From assembly GCA_964016885.1 (NCBI GenBank), contig OZ024742.1, positions 173,476,001 to 173,540,000 of the forward strand: a stretch of DNA of 64,000 nt, written 5' to 3'. The stretch is from Eledone cirrhosa. Its lineage: Eukaryota. The translations under genes were made by a program, and so were the position numbers. Shown piece by piece: positions 37,990-52,960 of this stretch. The notes under the pieces are model-generated. The model made no database searches. It was not told the origin of the DNA and saw only the letters and a list, made by a program, of their open reading frames with translations. Within the stretch, counting starts at the first letter, position 1. The number at the start of each line of letters is the position of its first letter.

Positions 37990-40339
37990 AAAAACTCAAT
38001 ACACAAAACTGTTGATAGAAAAAACGAACTCTTTTTGCGGGGGCTCAGATGGATCGCTCATTTCCCTTAAAAGGAAATATTTGTAGACAAGAAACTAATA
38101 ACCTCGATTCATTATTTAACTCCAGACGAAACCCCCCATTTAATGAAAAACTTAGCACATTTTGAAAACGAATTAATTAACATTATACGAGGACTTAAAT
38201 TCAAAACAAACCCTTATCGAGGCCAGGGTCACCTTATCAACCTTGAGAATAAAATTAATTACCTTAATTCTTCTAAAAACGTTTTAGTTCATTTTGAGAA
38301 AACTAATAATTTATACGGCACAAATAAGGATAAATATAATAACCGTATCCTTAAAGAATTAGGAAAACATTATCGTAAAACTACGCACGATAATCTGGAT
38401 TCTATCAATAGGGAAGTATTTGAGATAGTAACCAACTTCGAGATTGAGAAAAAAACAGAACCCTTCTTCCCAAGAACTTCGAGGATTAGTATGAAGGATC
38501 ATAAAAGAAATGTTCGAATGGACTTGCCTGTAAGACTGATTGCCCCTTCTAAATCTGACCTAGGGGTGGTTAGTAAATCCATCTTGGATAGAATTATCCC
38601 GCAAGTTAGGTATGAATCTCAACTATGGTTGGGTTCATCTGAAGTAATAGACTGGTTCAACGACCTAAAAAATAAAAACAAACTGAAATTTATTTAATTT
38701 GACATCGCCAGCTATTACTCTTCTATTTCTCCTTCACTCCTAAACAAGGCTCTCTCATATGCGTTAAAATATACTGACATCACTAGTGAAGAAATAAACA
38801 TCTTTCTTACCGCTAGGAAAACCATCTTGGAATTTAACAATGAATATTGGACAAGAGCGGATATTTCCAACAATTTTGACATCACCATTGGTTCGTCGGA
38901 TTCAGCTCAACTCACCGACTTAGTTAGAATTTTCATCTTGAATTCTTTAAACCAGAGAATTCCCCAACTTCGCGGTGGGATTTACCGTGATAATGCTCTT
39001 TTTACTGTCTCTAATTGTAACAATGTAAACTTTAATATAATTAAGAAAAATATACTTGATCTATTTAAGCTTCTTAACTTAAAAATTGAATTCGAGAATA
39101 ATGTTAAACTAGCAAATGTCCTTGATATATCCCTTAATCTAGATACCAGCCTCTATTACCCATATCATAAGGATAACGAGAACTCAAATTACGTTAACTT
39201 TAAATCTAACCACCCAAATAATGTTAAAACAGCTATAGTCAAAAGTGTAGAAAAAAGCATTTCTAATTTATCCTCTAATAAAGATATCTTTGAAACTAAT
39301 GCCCACTACTATAATAATGCCCTATCTAGGGCTGGATATCTAGACAAAATTAGGTATACTAAAGATCTTAATCTTGGCAGAGCTTTTAATAACTCCAGTA
39401 ATGTAGCTAGTAATAATCATACTGCTAACAAAAGGAGGAGACCTAGATATAAAAAATATCCTTTGGTACAACGCTCCCTTCTCTCTTTCAGTTATTAATA
39501 ATATCTCTAAATTATGTTTTCGGGCATTACATAAGAGCTTCCCTCCTTCACATATACATAGCAAGATTTTCAATAGGTATACTATTAAATTCTCGTATTC
39601 TACTGCTTCGAATATTTCTAAAATTATCTCAAGACATAATTCTAAAATAATAAATAATAACTCATATGCTTCCAACGAAGAGAGTCATGATAATAACACT
39701 ATAAGGCCCGACGTCAATGTAAACTGTAGGCAAAATAACACAAGTATAAATACGACGTCAAATGTAACTTTGAGGAATGCATCACATACTAATGTAATTC
39801 TGGAAATTTTAGCACCTTCTTTAGTTAATTCCACCACTCCAGTTCCTAATATAATTAATGCTGTGCCACTTGCAAATAACTCTGTAAATAATCTTAATCG
39901 CAAATGCAACTGCCCTATTAGAACTAATTGTCCTCTTAGTAATTTCTGTCTCGATAAAAACCTAGTATACGAATGTAAAGTCATAACTAGTACAGCACCT
40001 ATAGCTACATTGTCTCTACTTCTACCTCTTTTAAAGCAAGTTTCTATCATCATTATTCTACATTTAAATCTCCATCATTATTCTACATTTAAATCTCCGC
40101 ACTCTCATAACTTATTTGGTCCTTAAAAGAAAAAAAACATAAATTACAAAATTTCTTGGCGTAAAATCTACAACGCATCTCCACTCTTCAATGCTTCCAT
40201 ATCTAGTGATTGTAATTTATGTCTAGTTGAAAAATTTACCATTATCTCGAATTTCAACACAGTAATAAATCGAAGAACCGATTTATTTGGACATTGTAAA
40301 CATAAATCCTACAAGGCCGTTCACAAAGTATATAGCTGA
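37990..40339 (+). pseudogene. PLE RT plus GIY-YIG pseudogene
   Basis: FLRGLRW, MKDHK..VRLIAPSKSDLG, FI*FDIASYYSSI, FDITIGSSDSAQLTDLV, GGIYRDN (catalytic D to N), KSNHP, CNCPIRTNCPLSNFC..LVYEC. Confidence 0.92.
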
Positions 40340-40900
40340 TGTCCTATAACATACTCCACGAATCACGATTATCTTTACACATCTTTCGTTATATTCTATA
40401 ATGTATTAATTTGGTTTTCTCATCATATTTTAAGCCTTTGATTTTTTTTAACTATAGCCTTAGATCTTCGTTCAAACCTTCTTAGATTTTGTAAACAAAT
40501 TGTGACGTCATATGTTTTTCTACGTTTATAAATCTTTCTAGCCGTTTCCTTTATTTACTTGTTGATATAAAATAAAAATTAAATAGTATCCCCACACATA
40601 TATAGATTTTTACTAGTAATTATTAATTTTGACGTAGATAGACTTTTTTTTATTTTTATTTTATTTTATAAAAATCTTTTTTTATATTTATTTTATTTTA
40701 TTTTATTTTATTAATATATTTTTACACTTCGTAATCCAATTTTTATTATTTAAACCCAATATAAAATAATATACCCAGTTTCTATATTTAGGCCTCTACT
40801 ATTTGAATACCGTCTATAAAATTCGTACATACACCTCATTAATTTACTTTTTAACCGTTATTTACAGCTGTTTTCATTTTCACAGCGTTCCTGATCAAAA

Positions 40901-41030
<130 letters not shown>

Positions 41031-41210
41031 GTTTCTTCTTTTTTTCTTTACTTTTCTTCTCTTTCGTTTTCCTTTTTCTCCTCTTCTTTCGTTTCTTCTA
41101 TATTCCTATCTATTTCTTACTATAGTTTTAATACTTATATTTCAGTCATATGTAGAGTTACCACTTTCCTGTAAACAACTGCTATTATGCCTCATATCAT
41201 GTTACCGCAG

Positions 41211-41274
41211 TTTATCTGATGAGAACACAATTTTTGTCCCAGGATGATTTTCTATTAGAAATGCGCATAATAAA
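41211..41274 (+). ncRNA. Type I hammerhead ribozyme (weak stem II)
   Basis: tttat-CTGATGA-..-GAAA-tgcgca-TA-ataaa. Confidence 0.7.
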
Positions 41275-41544
41275 ATATATGGAACTATTTTAACCATTTT
41301 TTAATTTCTTCTTTATTATATATATACAAACACACACATATATATAGGGAGAGAGAGTGAATACTTTCTTTGGGGGTGGATGTAAGCCAAATAGGCTTAA
41401 AAAGTAGCCTTTAACTTAAATAATAATCCCAGCGTGGGTCCTGGTACTCAAAATACAATATCAGCATGAAGAAATTTAATCCTTCAAATACTGGTTATTC
41501 CAATATCTTGGAATTCCTGAGGTTTTATCGTAAGGCCCAGAAAC

Positions 41545-41638
41545 TATGTTGTCTTTCATCCTTACAGGGTCGATAAAATAAAGGACCAATAATACACTGG
41601 GATAATTGCTGGGCTTGTGCCAAAAGTAGAAACAATTA
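41545..41638 (+). mobile_element. SINE family A 3' fragment
   Basis: ctttcatccttacagggtcgataaaataaagg..gtagaaacaatta. Confidence 0.8.
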
Positions 41639-41779
41639 CATCAGTTAACGCCGATTTTCTTTTAACTGATTTAACTGTGAGTAATAGGAAAAGAAACAGG
41701 ACCCTGACGGCCGAGCTTCGGCCATTTCGACAGCTAGATCGGAACTACATATATATATATATATAAATATATATATCCA

Positions 41780-42505
41780 AAATTAATTTAATTAACTTAA
41801 ACTAAGGGAGTCATGTCCGAGACATGCACCATATCCACCGTAGAATAAGCTCAAAAATTCCAATGAATAGATCCGAACATTTTATATCAACTAGAAATGT
41901 ATTGATATATATATATATATATTTAAAATAAACACATGAAACAATCACAGGCGATAATGTGTAAAGTGTGTAATCACACATAGCTAGATATGTAACTAAA
42001 AAAAGTTTAACTTGAGCTTCAAAAATTACCCTTTGAAAAAAGATTAATCTTCTTTGTATTAAAGAAATATATTTTACCGTTAATCCGTAAAGTCACCGTA
42101 GTCAAAATCGGATCTTCAGCAAGGGAGAATATTTAACTATCTGTGTTTACACCTCAAATGCTAATCTGCGAGTGACCCATCGCACGTGTTGCAATTCTAA
42201 AACTACTAACAATATGCTAGCGTCATCCCAGTGGCGTGAATAGGGTGATCGACAGCTACAATTAAGGAGCCGTGTATATATACAAAACTAATTTAATTAA
42301 ATTAAATTAAGGGAGTCATGTCCGAGAAATGCGCCATATTCACCGTAGAATAAGCTCAAAGATTCCAATGAATCAATCCAACGGTTTTATATCAACTAGA
42401 AATTGATTGACATATATATATACAATAAACACATGAAACAATCACAATGAAGCTCTGTTTATTTTAAATATATATATATGTAAATCAATTTCTAGTTGAT
42501 ATAAA
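41780..42505. mobile_element. Element with ~165 bp direct repeats and a short inverted tail, in (TA)n
   Basis: ~41785-41949 recurs at ~42290-42446; 42456-42503 inverts ~42388-42432. Same architecture as 1037-2585. Confidence 0.65.
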
Positions 42506-42513
42506 TATATATA

Positions 42514-42645
<132 letters not shown>

Positions 42646-43140
42646 TACAGAGAGAGAGAGAGAGGTGGGGGGAGAGCAGTGGCAGCTGTGGATCATCATA
42701 CTCTGGTTGAAGATTATCATTTTACATTTAGTAAGAGTGTAAATGTTAATGATACTGTCGTCATGCAAATACCTGAGTTCATTTACCAATCAACTGTAAA
42801 TTGTCTATATGTTGCATAGCGAACGTATAACGGACCACTTTCAAAATTCTTCGCGTCAAATAATTCAAAATATAATAATTCATCAATTCTATATTTCTTC
42901 ATGTGTGTTATATCATTGAATGCGCATATAAGAAGACAATATATCAGTTAATAATTCCTAATATAATCTTTTTGCGGGACGCTTGTACGATTTTCCCATA
43001 CCTATAGTTTATGGATAATCCCTGTCCATCATTACTTAGTAAAACATTTAATGAAACAATTATTTAGTAAGAGATCGCATCTATCCATATATTATGAAAC
43101 AATACCTTATTTTGCAGAACCCCAGAAGTATTGTCAATTA

Positions 43141-43329
43141 ATTGTTTCTACTTTAGGCACAAGGCCAGCAATTACCCAGTGCATTACTGGTACTTTATTT
43201 TATCGACCCCGTAAGGATGAAAGGCAAAGTCAACCTCGGCGGGATTTGAACTCAGATCGTAAAGGGAGGTAACTATGCTGGAAAGCATGGCGTCCGACCC
43301 TCTACCGATACTGCCAATCCACCGCCTTA
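43141..43329 (-). mobile_element. Full-length SINE family A
   Basis: 16-bp TSD agtattgtcaattaat at 43127-43142 and 43332-43347. Confidence 0.93.
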
Positions 43330-44406
43330 GTAGTATTGTCAATTAATGCCATGTAGGAATCAGGAATGTATATGCTCTAAATTTATATAAGATATGTTTC
43401 TATTTCAGCAGATCGATCAAGATGTGATATTTACAATATATACATTATTTGAACTATTTCACAATCTTCTGAGTAATCTTATATACTCTATTGATAGTGA
43501 TTAGTTGTTTTTTTTCTTGACAAAGTATGTGTTTTGCAACACCTATTAATGGGAATTTAAAGATGGGAATGTAACACTGGGAATGTAACTATAAGAATGA
43601 GTTGGTATGGTTGCTGATTTCTTTTCTGACTTGTAGCAGGTGTTGGAAATGTTACTGGCTACTCAACAGTTATTACCCTTAATATTATGCATTTTAAATC
43701 ATTTCGCGTATATAATCTTGGAAAGTGATGTCTACGTAGGGATAAAAGAAATTCGAGTTTATATTCATGGTAACATCCTATTTGGACGAAATATTGAAAC
43801 GGCCTGTTTCATTTTCCTCAAATCCTTCTTGTGCTCAAGTTAGAGATCTTCTCTGAACACAAACTTCTAACTTCCCAAACTCGCAAAAGCCTCGTTGTGA
43901 AAGAGGTATAGTTCTACCGAAAATAGCTGCGAACAAATTAGTTTCAAATTTGTACTTTTTTTAACCAAGCTTCTAAGCTTCTAATTATAGCCCGTGTGGG
44001 CATTGACGTGTGTATTAATATATGATGTTGCTTATGGCTTCAAAAGTGTTATTGGGTCACTTTCTAAGCTTTAAGCAATACAGAAAAATCCACAATAAGA
44101 TAGTTTGTGTTATTTATATTTAACTCAATCTATGGTGAATGAGCTCTTCTTGATGATATCCATGATAATTAATTTGCTGGCATTAATGAATTCAGCTATG
44201 TCGCCACACCCCATTGAGAATTTCAACAACGTGGTACCTTTCTTCTTAATCTTTAAGAGTCATCAATGCATAAGTGTTATTTTCTAATAATGTACAGGGT
44301 TAACTTATTACCGAGGGCACCAACCCAAGTAAATTACGCCCTGACAACTAAAACTTTACCAGAGAGAGATTTTATATAGAATTATAAAAACCTTCGATTT
44401 CACACC

Positions 44407-44600
44407 GGATTGGCAGTATCGGTAGAGGGTCGAATGCCATGCTTGGCAGTACAGAGTTACGTCCCTTTACGTCATGCGTTCAAATCCCGCCAAGGTTAAC
44501 TTTGCCTTTCATCCTTAAGGATTAAGGGGTCGATAAAATAAAGTACCGGTAATGCACTGGGATAATTGCTGGCCTTGTGCCAAAAGTAGAAACAATTATT
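44407..44600 (+). mobile_element. SINE family A
   Basis: Near full-length match to other copies. Confidence 0.88.
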
Positions 44601-45057
44601 CTAGAAACACACCATAACGGACTCGAGGCATTCTCATTGATAAGAGCAAAAGAAAAAAAACACATACACCTTCTTTAATTGGAAAGGGAGAGAGAACGAT
44701 ATATTTGTGTTCAAAAGACTATTAACGTTGGCGTGGAAATCAACTCAAATATAACTATAATAACACGCCTTCGGTTAAACGTTTGAATAACCTAGGTATT
44801 TAGAAGTCTGTGGGATTCTAGTATACATTTTAACGAGGACTCTCGGTCCACGTGAACTTTAAAATCCGTCTCAGGCCAGCACTGCATTATTACCGATGTT
44901 ACAAATAAATATATAACTATTACTGTTATCGTACATAAAGTACACATGAGAAGGCAATCTATGTACTATTTACAGATGAAAAAAGAGATGAAAGAAATCA
45001 CACTCTCGATGTTTGTATGCATGCAAATATGTATGTATATACATAATTGCATATATA

Positions 45058-45153
<96 letters not shown>

Positions 45154-45259
45154 GAGAGAGAGAGAGATACGTGCATGTCTACACAGATATAGAGATAGTT
45201 AGAGATAGATAAGTATATTTATATAGAGAGATCGGGAGAGGAAAGGGAGCGAGAGAGCG

Positions 45260-45342
<83 letters not shown>
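45260..45342. repeat. (GA)n microsatellite
   Basis: Seen directly. Confidence 0.97.
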
Positions 45343-45346
<4 letters not shown>

Positions 45347-46317
45347 TTGATTGATATATATTTGGAGAGTTCTATTGGTAATTTTTCAAGTATCTTTTGA
45401 GTCTCCTCAGCTGTTATTAATTGTTCTCTTCTATCTGTCAGTGATATACTTTTTTATCATTTTCTTTAATATTCTAGCACTGGCAATATTTAAATCATGT
45501 TTGCTGACGTACACACATGAAAGGTATTTTTAATAATGAAGTAGTAAATGAAATGAAACAAACGAAAGGGTAAAATGAAAAGATATTGATGTTATACTAG
45601 TAAACCATTATATGTTGTACAAAATCTGCAGTAGGTGCAAGAGTAAATGATGTGAATATGGAAACTTAAGGAGATAATAATCAAAATATTAAAGAAAGCA
45701 ATAAATGGGAATAGGAGTCGGCTCTTAACTACTATTCACAGGGACATGTGTCGTACATCCTCCGCATTTCAAGTCTAAATATTTCTATATGTGAGTTTAT
45801 ATCCTGAGTTCATTGCTTTCAGTAATTTGGCATTTAACACAAGGACCGCTTTATGTGCATTACCTAAAATTGTTAAAAAAGACTTGGATCATCTCAAGTT
45901 ATTGGAAATCTCTTCTTTGCTTGCTTCTTTGCCATGGTCTCAATATCCAATACATGGAGTTGGATCTGTATATTTGGCATTAAATAACAGCTGCCATAAA
46001 CAAAAACCGAAATAGATTGCATTTATAATTTACATTTTCGTGTCTACTATACGTTTGTGTATGTGGGTGTGATTCTAGGCGTGAATGTTTGTATGAATGT
46101 ATTTATGAATGTATGTATATGAAACATATCTTGATTTATGTATTTGTTCGTAAGTGCTTCTGTTCGTATGCATACATGCAGGTATGTATGTCTGGTGAGT
46201 TGAGCTAAACAAGTGAATCTCCAGAGTAAAAAGACTTACTCTTTAGCCTTTTAGTATTAATATAAATGAACCAATACAAACACACAAACACTCGCCCACA
46301 TACACGCACACACCAAC

Positions 46318-46407
<90 letters not shown>

Positions 46408-46457
46408 ATGTGTGTGTGTGTGTGTGTGTGGGTGTGTGTGTGTATATATATATATAT

Positions 46458-47173
<716 letters not shown>

Positions 47174-47313
47174 TAATATGTAATTACCAAGATATAGTGC
47201 AACAAAAATCTGTTTGAGCGTGTGTGAGTGAGAATATGTGAGTGTGTGTGTGTGTGGATGTGTGTGTTTGCAAAACATGTATATGTACGCATGAACACAC
47301 ACACACACACTCT

Positions 47314-47358
<45 letters not shown>

Positions 47359-48465
47359 TGAAATGAATTCCGAGTTATTGGTTTTATAAAATAATGTTGT
47401 TTTAAATCGTATTAAGCTAGGGAATCGATTTTCTTTGTGCAAAACAACATTCAATGATAGAATTTATCGATTTCATGTTAATACAATAGGATAAATGATA
47501 TTTGTCTAGTTAAATTGAAGCCGCTTGATCTTGCAGCTTTTCTCTTCTCCTTATTATAACTATTTTAGTGACTAGAATTGTTAGTCAATAATGCCTCTCG
47601 AACTTCTTATGTTTACGTTTCAAAATAGTTCTGATGAAATGGTTTCCAATTTATTGGATACACTTTCCAAAATCACAATCTAATATTGACATTTCCCGTA
47701 AGACAATTAATTGAAATATCTTGCCTGGTTTTCAGAAGTTTAATATCGTTCACTGATTAGCGAGAAACGACATAGAATACTGTGGTTATACCTTACAGCT
47801 GAATAAATCCGGAATATACAATAGATATACGTTCTTTCCCACTTCTTAGTTACAATGGTCGATCTGTTTTTTTATGATTGATTCTGTTAGCGTTCATGAT
47901 GCTATCATTATAATTATCTTCTGATTGAGCATTGCGATAGTATATTCTGAACAATTTGTATAAATATCCGTTTATAAGTATTTACTTGTACAGTCTTCTT
48001 TCCTTCTAGCTATCACATCCTATTATGTATTTTTACATTAGAAGCTTACTTTATCTTAATTATTCATACGAATAGCTGCGACTGAGCCACACCTTTGTAT
48101 TATAATGGTATTGTAACAATTTATCTTTGCTTATATGTATATATACATACCCCCCCCCCCCCACACACACACACATACACATACATACCCACACATACAT
48201 ATATATATAGTGTGTGTGTGTTCAGTAGAAGAAAGACTTGTTTCGTTTTTTGCCTACAGCATATCGCATAAGCGGGTGTTCATCTGACGATATCATTCCC
48301 TGACCAACAACAAATGCATATATTACATCTCTGATTGCATAAGGGAACCATTGAAATAATTATAAGGAATAAACGATTTATGTAACATCAGCATCTTTTT
48401 GTAAACGGAATCCTCACACACACACACACACACATATGTATATATATATATATATGTATATATAT

Positions 48466-48522
<57 letters not shown>

Positions 48523-48541
48523 TGTGTATGTGTGTGTGTGC

Positions 48542-48589
<48 letters not shown>

Positions 48590-49304
48590 ATGTGTGCGCG
48601 CGCAGGAGGTCTGTGTAGGTTCATGCAATTAAGGCTGGAAAACATTGTTATATGTTGCAAATAAAGCAAAAGCTAGATTGTTACATATAATCATTACTAC
48701 ACATATCAGACTTTTTATTTTGCATCTCAGATTTACATGCGAACATTTTGTATCAGGAACGGTGATTTAGAAAGATATGTCAATATAGTAGGAGCGGGAT
48801 TAAAGGTGACTAATAAAATTAAACCTGTATATTCCCGCATTTAATAATCCGCTATCTTTGATGGTATTAGCCATTTTTTTATGAAGAAGAATGCCCATAA
48901 GAATGCTCATAAGAATGATCACTGTTACAAATCTATTTGCAAACATATGCTACTGCATGCATTCGAAACGATAGATCATCCGACATGCAGACTATCAGAT
49001 TGCTTTTAAGGAATTCGGTGGATCCAACAAATGTCCCAGCTGTTCGAAGAATGGAAGAACTTGCTCAAACATTTACCTGTAAGCAGCTAAGCATTGTACA
49101 GACATGTATACTCTTAGATAGATTCAGTGTGACACAAAGATTAAGAAAATAGTTCCTTTCAAGTACAAATACAACTAATTTTTACCAGGTACGAGGTCTG
49201 TAACCTGCTCAAGGATCACACGTTCAGCGGGGAATTGAATACACAACATTACGTTTGACTGTCGAACACCTTAACTCTAAATCCACGTGCCTTCACGGAA
49301 TATA

Positions 49305-49493
49305 ATAATTGTTTCGACCTTTGGCACTAAGCCAGCAATTATTCCAGTGCATTACAGCTAGTTTATTTTATCGACCACGTAAGGATGAAAGGCAAAGTCA
49401 ACCTCGGCAGGATTTGAACTCAGACTATAAAGGGACGTAACTCTAAGCAGGAAAAGATGGCGTCCGACCCTCTACCGATACTGCCAGTCCACC
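49305..49493 (-). mobile_element. SINE family A
   Basis: Full-length reverse match with more substitutions. Confidence 0.87.
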
Positions 49494-50224
49494 ACAGTAC
49501 AATAATGCAGCTGAATATCCTTCCTATTAAATTTACTAACATGTTTTCTTGTATCATGAGACCCTGCATTTCAATATGAAATTTCTTATACTATATATAA
49601 CATTTATATTAAGTTATGTGTGTTTACAATGTTTGAAATTATATATTTTCGTATTTTCTTATCGTGTATTCTTCTCATCTATAACCAATGCCAATACCTA
49701 AGACTGTTATAGTCTGCTCAATGATCTGGACATGTTAAATGAGTAAGCTTCTATGTCTGACTCCATCTCATGTTTTATATCTCGTGTCATTGGCCGTCTT
49801 TTCCAATCCCCAGACATAGCTAATTTATTTTATGTTTTCGTTGGCCTTATCCTCCTGATGTTAGCACACCAAACAATATTTGTTCTTCAATTTATCTAAA
49901 TAGAAAACTTACTAAAACAAATATCTGGAAACTGTGGAAGTCGTTGCACACTTACATTTAGTATTCCTATAGTAATTTCATACGTTCTTTCATATTTGAT
50001 AGTCTAACACCAATAGCAATTTATTGACGTCATGTCAGATTCATTTTAGATAGAATGCTATATTGTTATTTACACTTTTAGTGTAGTATATGAACTACAC
50101 TCATCACTTATCTTGTTCCAAATAAAGAATAAATCAATCCAGATTATTTAACCCTTTTGATACGAAACCATCGGAAAACTGCTTCCATAAAACAAAGTTG
50201 TGTATTTAAAAGTTTATATTTATC

Positions 50225-50445
50225 TAATGGAACTCCATTTATGCAGGTAGAGAAGTTCAAGTATCCCGGGGCCGTGTTCACGCATAATGGAAGACAGGAG
50301 GCTGAATTAAATGCAATAATTGAAAAAACTGGTGCAGTAAGATGCCAGCTTCATTATTTAGTAACCAGAAGAAGGGAAGTTAGAGTAAAGGCTAAACTCT
50401 CTACCTTCAATTCGGTATTCGTGCCAACCCTTACCTAGGCTCATA
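50225..50445 (+). pseudogene. RTE-clade LINE RT C-terminal fragment
   Basis: QVEKFKYPGAVFT..GRQEAELNAII..RREVRVKAKLSTFNSVFVPTLT matches the RTE/Expander thumb region. Confidence 0.75.
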
Positions 50446-50519
50446 TTTTTCGATCTGTTATTCCAAAATACGACGTCTACACACTAGCTTTCCCTAAGCT
50501 GAATCTCATCTGCAATAGT

Positions 50520-52960
50520 TAAACTAGATTCCATGTTCCTTTCTGAGACAGGCATAAATCCATCGGTCTCCGAAGAAGGTTTCAAAATTTCGGGCTATTC
50601 TCTAATCATCACCAAACCTGATCCCACGAATTACTATGGTCGTAGTAATTGTGCTTATATAAAGGATGTCTTTCCCTGTGGGTGAGACACAGCCAACGAA
50701 GATCCTGGCCTTCCATTCATATGCTTCTGTGTAGCAATTTTTTATAACACCTCCTTCATATTAACTCTCTATGATCCTCAAGAGGATGGAATTAACGTAT
50801 TCATTCGAATAGCTGAGACGATCGATAGGATTTGGGCTGATAATCCATCAGCTTCCATTCATATATGTGGAAACTTCGGTTCACTCCAACACAACTGATG
50901 ATGGAGAGAGATACTGCAAAAATATTTCACCTTATTACTAGCTCAATTAGATTGTGGATAGCCCCACACGTATTTCTGATATTCAGGGTCAATTTGCCAA
51001 TTTGCCAATTTGCCTGGCCTCTCTTCTTTGCGTCAGGCCCGGATAGCTGTAACATACACTTGGATTCTTTGGTCATACTGTAGTATCCATGAGAGTCGTC
51101 ACCATATTTAAAGAATCTTCTGATTTCCCATTCAATCGGAGTGTTTTCTGTTCCTCTGTGGCTGATTAGATTGGCTTTAGATCTTGCATTACTGAAATAT
51201 CACTTCCATCTATATTCAAACATATAGCATTAAAGATACTTTCTATTTAGGACTGTATCCTTGCTGGTGTCGAAACCCTCATATAATTGAAAAGATATCA
51301 GCAAAGACCAAACAGCTATAAGGGTTGTTGAAGAATGCAAAGGATGGCCATGCTCACTCAATCCAGTCTAGGATTGAAAGGGAGAAACCTAGCTCACTTG
51401 AAATATGGAGAATCACAAACAAGGTTCTTAATAGATGCAAAGCTTCTGTACTTATAGAAATCAGTTATCTTTTCGTCCTCTTTTGATAAGGTAAAACTTG
51501 TTGCTCAAATGTCGACTCAAACTCTACTCTTAATGACGAGGGTCATCATTTCTTCTACCTTCCAACTCGGTCCAACAATCATATTAGTGATCATCAAAAA
51601 ACCATGATTCAAACAAGGCAACTGGGCCAGGTAACATTTCAATAGTCGTTATCAAAAAACCTTTCTCCCGAAATATCTCTTCTTCTAGCTAAACTTTTTA
51701 ATCGCTGCCTGAAATAGAGATGTTTCCCCAAATCCTGGAAAATGTCTTGTGTCTACCATTTCATCAAGAATCTGGTTGAGCATTAAGTTTTGCACTATTA
51801 ATATTCTTATTATCTTATTGTTTTCTATCAATAAGAATATTTTAAATCACCTTATCAAAAGTAATCACCTGGGCGACTTGCAATATGGGTTTTATTCCAC
51901 TACGTCCAATGTAGATATTTTGACTGCCATCTCACGTAGAATATGTGAGTCCCTAGATGGTGGTTTTGCATTTAAGTCTATTGCCCTAGATATCTCCAAA
52001 GTCGGCAACATGTGACACAGGGAACTAATTCATAACCACACAAGCTATGGTATCTCTGGAAAATGCATGCTACAATTAAACTATTTCGCTCTGATCAATC
52101 TCTGAATGTTGTGTGAATGACAGGACTTCCTATAATCAATCGTGGCGTGCCGCAGTGGTTTCACTTTGAATCGATTAATTTTCTAACTTGTATGGCCGTA
52201 TATTAGAAACCGCATTAAACTATCCCTGTCAGCTGATATCTTTTATTGTTTTGAGCACACTGTTAAATAGAGCAATGAATGGCTTGATACATTTAACGAC
52301 GAGTACTGATTTTCTCTCTGTCAAACGCCGTGTGAATGTCCCCAGCTACATCCATGTCCATATGAATAGTATCACGTTGAAAACGCTCCCTGCTTTGAGC
52401 GACTCTTAGGCCTAAAATACACTTCATATCACCGTTGGAACTCTTATGTTAAATTAGTTGCCAAAGTTTTGGTGAAATAATAGAGGTCCTTCTATTGTTC
52501 AACGAAATATCTGACTCAATCTGCAAATGTGTATCTCTACAAGAGGTAGATTGTACCAACAATTGAGCATTGTTTCTACATCGGATGTGATGCATCTCCC
52601 TACTATTTTCAGATGGAATTTAAATTCGCTTGTGTAACATTGTTGGAGATGAGCTCTCCCATCTTCCAAGCCACTATTTCAGAGACGTTACGTCTCATGA
52701 CTCTATCTTTATTTCTACGTGAAATGTTCTGATGATCTTTACTCTCTAGTAGCAAAACTCCAGTTTTCTCCGGTAAGACCCGTCTCGCCCAGTCCATTCA
52801 TCCCAACAAACTCACACGTTGTTCGTATTCCTAACATTAGACATACGTTTCTTGAAAACAAGTCTTTTCCTAGAACCGTATCTTTAGGAAAAGTTCCCTA
52901 GGGATTGACTTCTTTGCTGCTAAAATAGTGAATATTTTAAGAAACAAAATCAATAAGTGC
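50520..52960 (+). pseudogene. Heavily decayed CR1/L2/Jockey-group LINE ORF2 (APE plus RT)
   Basis: ISICGNF (GDFN-like), LAKLFNRCL..CFPKSWK, LGDLQYGF..ALDISK, YGISGK, INRGVPQ across shifting frames with many stops. Confidence 0.8.

Noticed and set aside
43700-44330. Possible Tc1/mariner relic
   Set aside because: No convincing catalytic motif or paired terminal inverted repeats.
45791-46015. Possible R4-type endonuclease C-terminus (ALCALPKIVKKDLDHL)
   Set aside because: Similarity is too short to support.
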